The notes under the pieces: model-generated | Database searches by the model: none | What the model was told of the DNA's origin: nothing | The model's input: the letters and a program-made list of their open reading frames with translations, nothing else | From: Alloascoidea hylecoeti | Lineage: Eukaryota | Direction of reading: 5' to 3' | Length of the DNA stretch: 35,577 bases | Assembly: GCA_001600815.1 (NCBI GenBank) | Contig: BCKZ01000010.1 | Coordinates: 451,527-487,103, forward strand | Shown here: piece after piece, positions 30,597 to 35,577 of the stretch | Layout of the letters: each line of letters begins with the position of its first letter | Position numbering within the stretch: position 1 is the first letter of the stretch | Made by a program: the position numbers and the translations under genes

Positions 30597-33500
30597 ATGT
30601 CTGATTTCGGGCTGTTGTGTGAGTGTTTTGAAGATTCGCTAGATTCCAGCCAGAAGATACGAAAGAATGCTGAATTCAATCTGAAACAGGCGGAGAATCT
30701 TCTCCCTGATTTCCCATATCAATGTTTGCACATAATAGCAACTGATTCTTTAAACCTACAATTGCGTCTCACTGCTGTTATCTACCTGAAAAATGTCTGC
30801 TCCAAAAACTGGAAGTCTTTTCGTCATGACGATAAAATTCAGCTAAGGTTACTCCTACTGAACATCATAACGACTTTGAATTCAAAAGATGTTATAGTTT
30901 TACAAAATAATCTGATTTCGATTCTAAAAAAAATTATTGAATTGGATTATGAAACAAATTCAAATTCAAATGAAAATGAAAATTCAAATGAAAATGAAAA
31001 TTGGAAAGATCTAGTTGATTTAGCTTTGAATTTATTAATAAATGGCTATAATTCAAGTGATTGTGAATCAATTCATTTAGCTTTGATTATCATATTAGAA
31101 ATTATAAAAATTATAAATCTACTCAATCATAATCAGAAAATAAAAGATTTGGATAAAATCTTGCATATTGCTTTTGATTATATTTTAAATATTGCAAATG
31201 TTTTGGTTGCTGATGATTCAGAAGATGCTGCGAAATTATTAAAACTGATTCTAAAAATTTATAAATTTACAATATACGTGAGTACCTTTTTTTCTTCAGC
31301 TCATTATCTCATTATAATTCTAACTTTTAATCAAAATTGATTATTTAAAATAGAAGGATGTGCCAATCCAATTACAACACCCAAATTCTTTAATACCATG
31401 GTCTACCCTACATTTAAACATAATTAAGAAAAAATTACCATCAAATGTCTTAATCTTAGACCTTGACGATAAGAATTTAAATCCATGGGTCAGATGTCAA
31501 AAATGGTCATATTTTAATTTATATAAATTATTCTTGATTGCACATAATCAAAATAATCACAATCATATGCATAATCATTATAACTCAAATTTTAAAAGAT
31601 TATTTATAAATTCATTTATACCTACAATACTTGAACAAATCCTAAACAAAATTCATTTATATTTAACTCATCATACCAAAGATGATAAAAATAATTATGA
31701 TTGGTTATCATCAAAACAATTATATTATATAATTTCAATTTTTGAATTATCAATCTTACATAAAAAATCATGGCAAATAATTAAAAAAAATTTAAAAAAT
31801 TTGATTGAATTTTTCATATTTCCGTTATTTAATGATATAAATAATGAATTATTATTGAAATTTAATGATGAACCAATTGAATTTCTAAATTTTTTTTTAA
31901 TTAAATTTGATTATGATAGTGAAAATAATGAAAAATATGATCATTTAAGTTTAGGATTAAGCTTAAGTTTAACAAATTCAAATTCAAATTCAAATTCAAA
32001 TACAAATGATTATTATTATGATTATTCAAAAGATGTTGATTTATCAATGATTAACTTTATAAGAAGATTAATCTTAAAGAAGAGAAATTATTCTTTAATA
32101 ATGATATTAAATTTAATAACAAATATATTAAATGATTATAATTCAACAGATTCAATAGAAATAGCACAAAAAAAAGAATCAGTTTTAAAAATAATGAGTT
32201 CAATTTCTGATTTAATTTTAAAATCTTTTTCAAATTTTCAAAATGATTATTCAGAATTAGAATATTTTTTAAAATTTTTTATAATAATTGATTTTAAATC
32301 CTCATTTAAATTTTTAAAAATTAGATCATTAAATATAATTTATAAATTTTTATCAATAAATTTTCAAAATAAAGAAATTTTATATGATATTATTAATGAA
32401 ACAATTAATAATATAAATAATTTTAAAAATCAAAATGATCTTAATGATGAAAATAATGAAATAAATTTAATTATTCAATTTCAATCATCTCTCATATTAA
32501 AAAATTTATTAATTTATCAAAAACAAGAAATTTTTCAATTTTTTTTAAATAATACATCATTAATTGAATCAATTATGATAAATCTTTTAAATTTAAATAA
32601 TTTAATTATAAAATATAATTTAAATGATTTAAATTTAAATGTTTTAGATGAATTTTTTGATTTATTTGGTGATGAATTAACTCCTTTTAGTATTGATTTA
32701 TGTAATCAATTATCATTAAATTTTATAAATTTATCAAAAGATTTAATTTCTATTCATGATAATGATAATGAAAATGAAAATGAAGATGAAGAATTAAATT
32801 TAAAAATTATTCAAAAACAATTATCTGGTCAAAGTATTTTAAATAATATTATTTCATTATTACAATCAATTGATTTATCAATTGATTTATTAAAAATTTT
32901 AGAAAAAATTTTAAATCCAATTATAAAGATTATATTAAATGAAAAATTATTTTACTATTATCATGAAATTTTTCAAATTATTGAAATATTAATTGAAAAT
33001 TTAAAATTTATATCAATTGAAATGTGGGAAATTTTTAAATTTATTATAAATTCAACAAATTTTTTTAATAATAATCAAAATAATGAAAATGAAGAAGATG
33101 ATAATGAAATTGAATTTGAAATTGAAATAATTTTAAAAAGTCTTAAAAATTTTTTATTATTTGGATTAAAAACTCATCATAATCATCATAATAATCAACA
33201 ACAAAATGAATCAATAAATAATGATGATATTATAAACAATGTAATTATTTCAATTTATAATATTTTCAATCATATAATGTCTACAACAAATAATTCCAAA
33301 TTTAATAATTTTATTAGATCAATTTCTTGTGATTTAACAACAACAATGATTTTATGTTTGAAAGATAATCATAAAAATCAAATTAATGATAATTTATTAC
33401 AAAATATAATAAATCAAACAATTACAAGATTTAAAACAACAAAATCTCTAAAAATTGAATATTTAATTAAATTTAAAAAGGAAAGTATAAATGGTAATGG

Positions 33501-34458
33501 TAATATTAATTATTGTATTAATTTATTAAATGTTTTAATAAGCTGTTTTTATTATAATCCAAATTTAACATTTCAATATTTAAATTCAATTGATCAAATT
33601 CAAAACCAATCTAAAAATGAATCAAAATTAAGATTTTTTGAAATTTGGTTTTTCATAATTCCTTATATTACAAGAGTTTTTGATTTAAAGTTATCAGTTC
33701 TAGCAATTTTATCAATTTTAAGCTTAAATTTAAATCAACAAGATTTACAACATCTGGAAAGTAATGATGATATGAATGGAAATTCAGATATTTTATTACA
33801 AGAAAATCTTTTAAAATATTTATTTATTTTATTAAAAAATTTACCAACTTCAATTAATAATCTTGAAGAACGTAAAATTATTAATAATGATTATAATTAT
33901 AATTTAAACAATCTTGAAAATGATTATGAAAATGACGATGATGATGATGATGATGATGAAGAGGATAACTCAAATTTAATAACTGAAGAATATCAAAAGT
34001 TTTTATCTAATGAATCAAAAAGATTAGAAGCATCACAGAATCATCATAATTACAACAATTCTAATGAAAATGATTATGATAATATTAGTGATACTGATTC
34101 TAATTATGATGAATTAGAAGAAGATATTTTAACAATTACTCCATTAGATGATTTAAATTTCTTTCTAATAGTCAAAGATTTTTTATTACAATTACATTCA
34201 AATAATTCATCATTAATTGCTTTTTTATTCAACAATAATAAGAATAAAAGATTTAGAAATCGAAGTGATAGTGGTGTTGGATTAATTGGTAATGAAGAAG
34301 AAAATATTAATTTAAATTTTAATATTAATAATTTAAAATCTTCATTTTTAAATAATAATTATTTTGATATTGAAAATGATATTGATTTAGATTTTGAATA
34401 TAAAAAAATATTACAATTTGTTTTGAATATGTCTAATGCTGAAAAAAATAAATTATGA
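30597..34458 (+). CDS. NMD5: Importin-beta family karyopherin (importin-7/8 type, Nmd5-like); exons 30597-31277 and 31354-34458
   Basis: IBN_N motifs IRKNAEFNLKQ and AVIYLKN. Intron GTGAGT(31278)..CTAAC..TAG(31353) gives LKIYKFTIY/KDVPIQLQ..PW..PWVRCQKW..NLYKLF as in Nmd5. Also DELTPFSIDL, RVFDLKLSVL and an acidic loop followed by TPLD. Sxm1 is not fully excluded. Confidence 0.8.
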
Positions 34459-34943
34459 TACCTATCATATGAAATGTTTTATTTTTGACTCTTACATTAT
34501 ATGCCATTTATATATTGGATTTATGACTTTTATGATTTGTATATATTCAAGTCTCTCCAAAAATTGTTTTTGTTTGTTTGTTTGGATTTTGTTATCCCCC
34601 TTTTATTATTATAATGAAATTCTCTTGTTTTTTTTTTTTATATTACTTAGTTTTTTGTTCTTATTTAATCAATCACATTTGAAATCTTCACTTAAAAACC
34701 AAAATTTCAAAACTATTTATTATATTTTTTTATTTTATTTAACCTTTTAATCAGAAATATTTCATATTTCAAAATAATTTGTTCTTATAATCACTCATAA
34801 TTTATAACTTTTAATTAATTTAATTTAATAACTTATTATTTATGTAATACTATATTTACTTTCTTTTTTTTTATTTATTTATTATCATTATTCTAAACTA
34901 GATTTAATTAAAGATTATAGGAGACCCAAATCTGGATTAAGTA

Positions 34944-35223
34944 ATAAAAACCTTCGAGAATGTATACTTTATATAATCTTCTTCGGAAGGTCTTATTTCT
35001 TATTATATACAATTACTACTATGTAAATTTTGAATAGAGAATTCAGTTCGAAGGTTTTGGTCCATACAATTGAAATCTTTAATCTACAACAAATTACCAA
35101 TGGAGCTATGTATTTTAATGAATTTTACAGAAATCTCAATCTTTTAATGATAAAAATTTATAGATATCAGTAGTTACAGGGTTAAACATTTTGGGGGAGG
35201 GGGTTTCAAAATGTTGGCTCTAC
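34944..35223. repeat. Second copy of the dispersed repeat blocks (B inverted 34944-35062; A direct 35112-35223)
   Basis: Visual alignment to 21006-21222. Confidence 0.8.
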
Positions 35224-35428
35224 AGATTTTAAAATTCCGATAAAAAGGAATGAGGGAAAGGTGTAAAGAAATCACATTTACTGACCAAAAAAGGTCAGAA
35301 ATAGAGACAGACATTATGACAAATCGGAATAGAGTTTTATATACATTCAATTCACAATATTAATCAGAATTGTCTTTTTATTATGACTTATAATTAACAA
35401 TTAAAATATATAAATGGGTATGATAAGA

Positions 35429-35577
35429 TCATAAACGGCTAGCACGCTTTTCTTTTATTTCAAGGGGATCCATCTGAAATATTTTATCAGGATTCATAAT
35501 ATTCAAAGGATCAATTGCATGTTTAATGGTTCTCATTAAATCAATGGCCGGTAATCCCAATTCATATTCTAAAGAAT
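35429..35577 (-). CDS. DLD1: D-lactate dehydrogenase (cytochrome) C-terminus, 5'-partial; not in the ORF track
   Basis: The minus strand reads SLEYELGLPAIDLMRTIKHAIDPLNIMNPDKIFQMDPLEIKEKRASRL*, matching the Dld1/FAD-oxidase_C ELG..DLMR.IK.AIDP..IMNPDKIF motif. Confidence 0.85.
   Translation of the reverse strand, partial: SLEYELGLPAIDLMRTIKHAIDPLNIMNPDKIFQMDPLEIKEKRASRL

Noticed and set aside
29924..30642. Multiple overlapping short ORFs in the GC-rich patch (similarly 3836-4380)
   Set aside because: Expected from stop-codon scarcity in GC-rich DNA; no recognisable protein features.
34436..34750. 104-aa hydrophobic ORF
   Set aside because: T-rich 3' flank overlapping the importin stop; a compositional artefact.

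Overview
AT-rich budding-yeast (Saccharomycotina) nuclear DNA. Genes, in order: the 3' part of a phosphofructokinase beta subunit (PFK2-like), a YER079W-like gene, tRNA-Leu(UAA), HOP1, ICP55, a Csn1/Pci8-like PCI gene, an MRX1-like PPR gene, MLP1/TPR, an unusual 1816-aa protein with about 32 IQ-like repeats, an NMD5-like importin and the 3' end of DLD1. Six short introns (62-80 nt) join ORFs that the ORF track splits or truncates. The standout is the ~6-kb gene-free gap at 18.9-24.8 kb, which holds two adjacent foldback structures built from transposon catalytic domains. One is an old, degenerate inverted pair of Tc1/mariner DDE transposase relics (~19.66-20.98 kb). The other is a young, near-perfect ~2.1-kb palindrome of a Ty3/gypsy reverse-transcriptase fragment with a 54-nt loop (21.25-23.38 kb). 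The gap also contains a dispersed repeat and a possible hAT relic. Candidate explanations are a host hairpin-RNA anti-transposon locus, an inverted-repeat centromere, neutral debris or, less likely, an assembly or amplification chimera. All identifications come from by-eye motif recognition; no searches were run.
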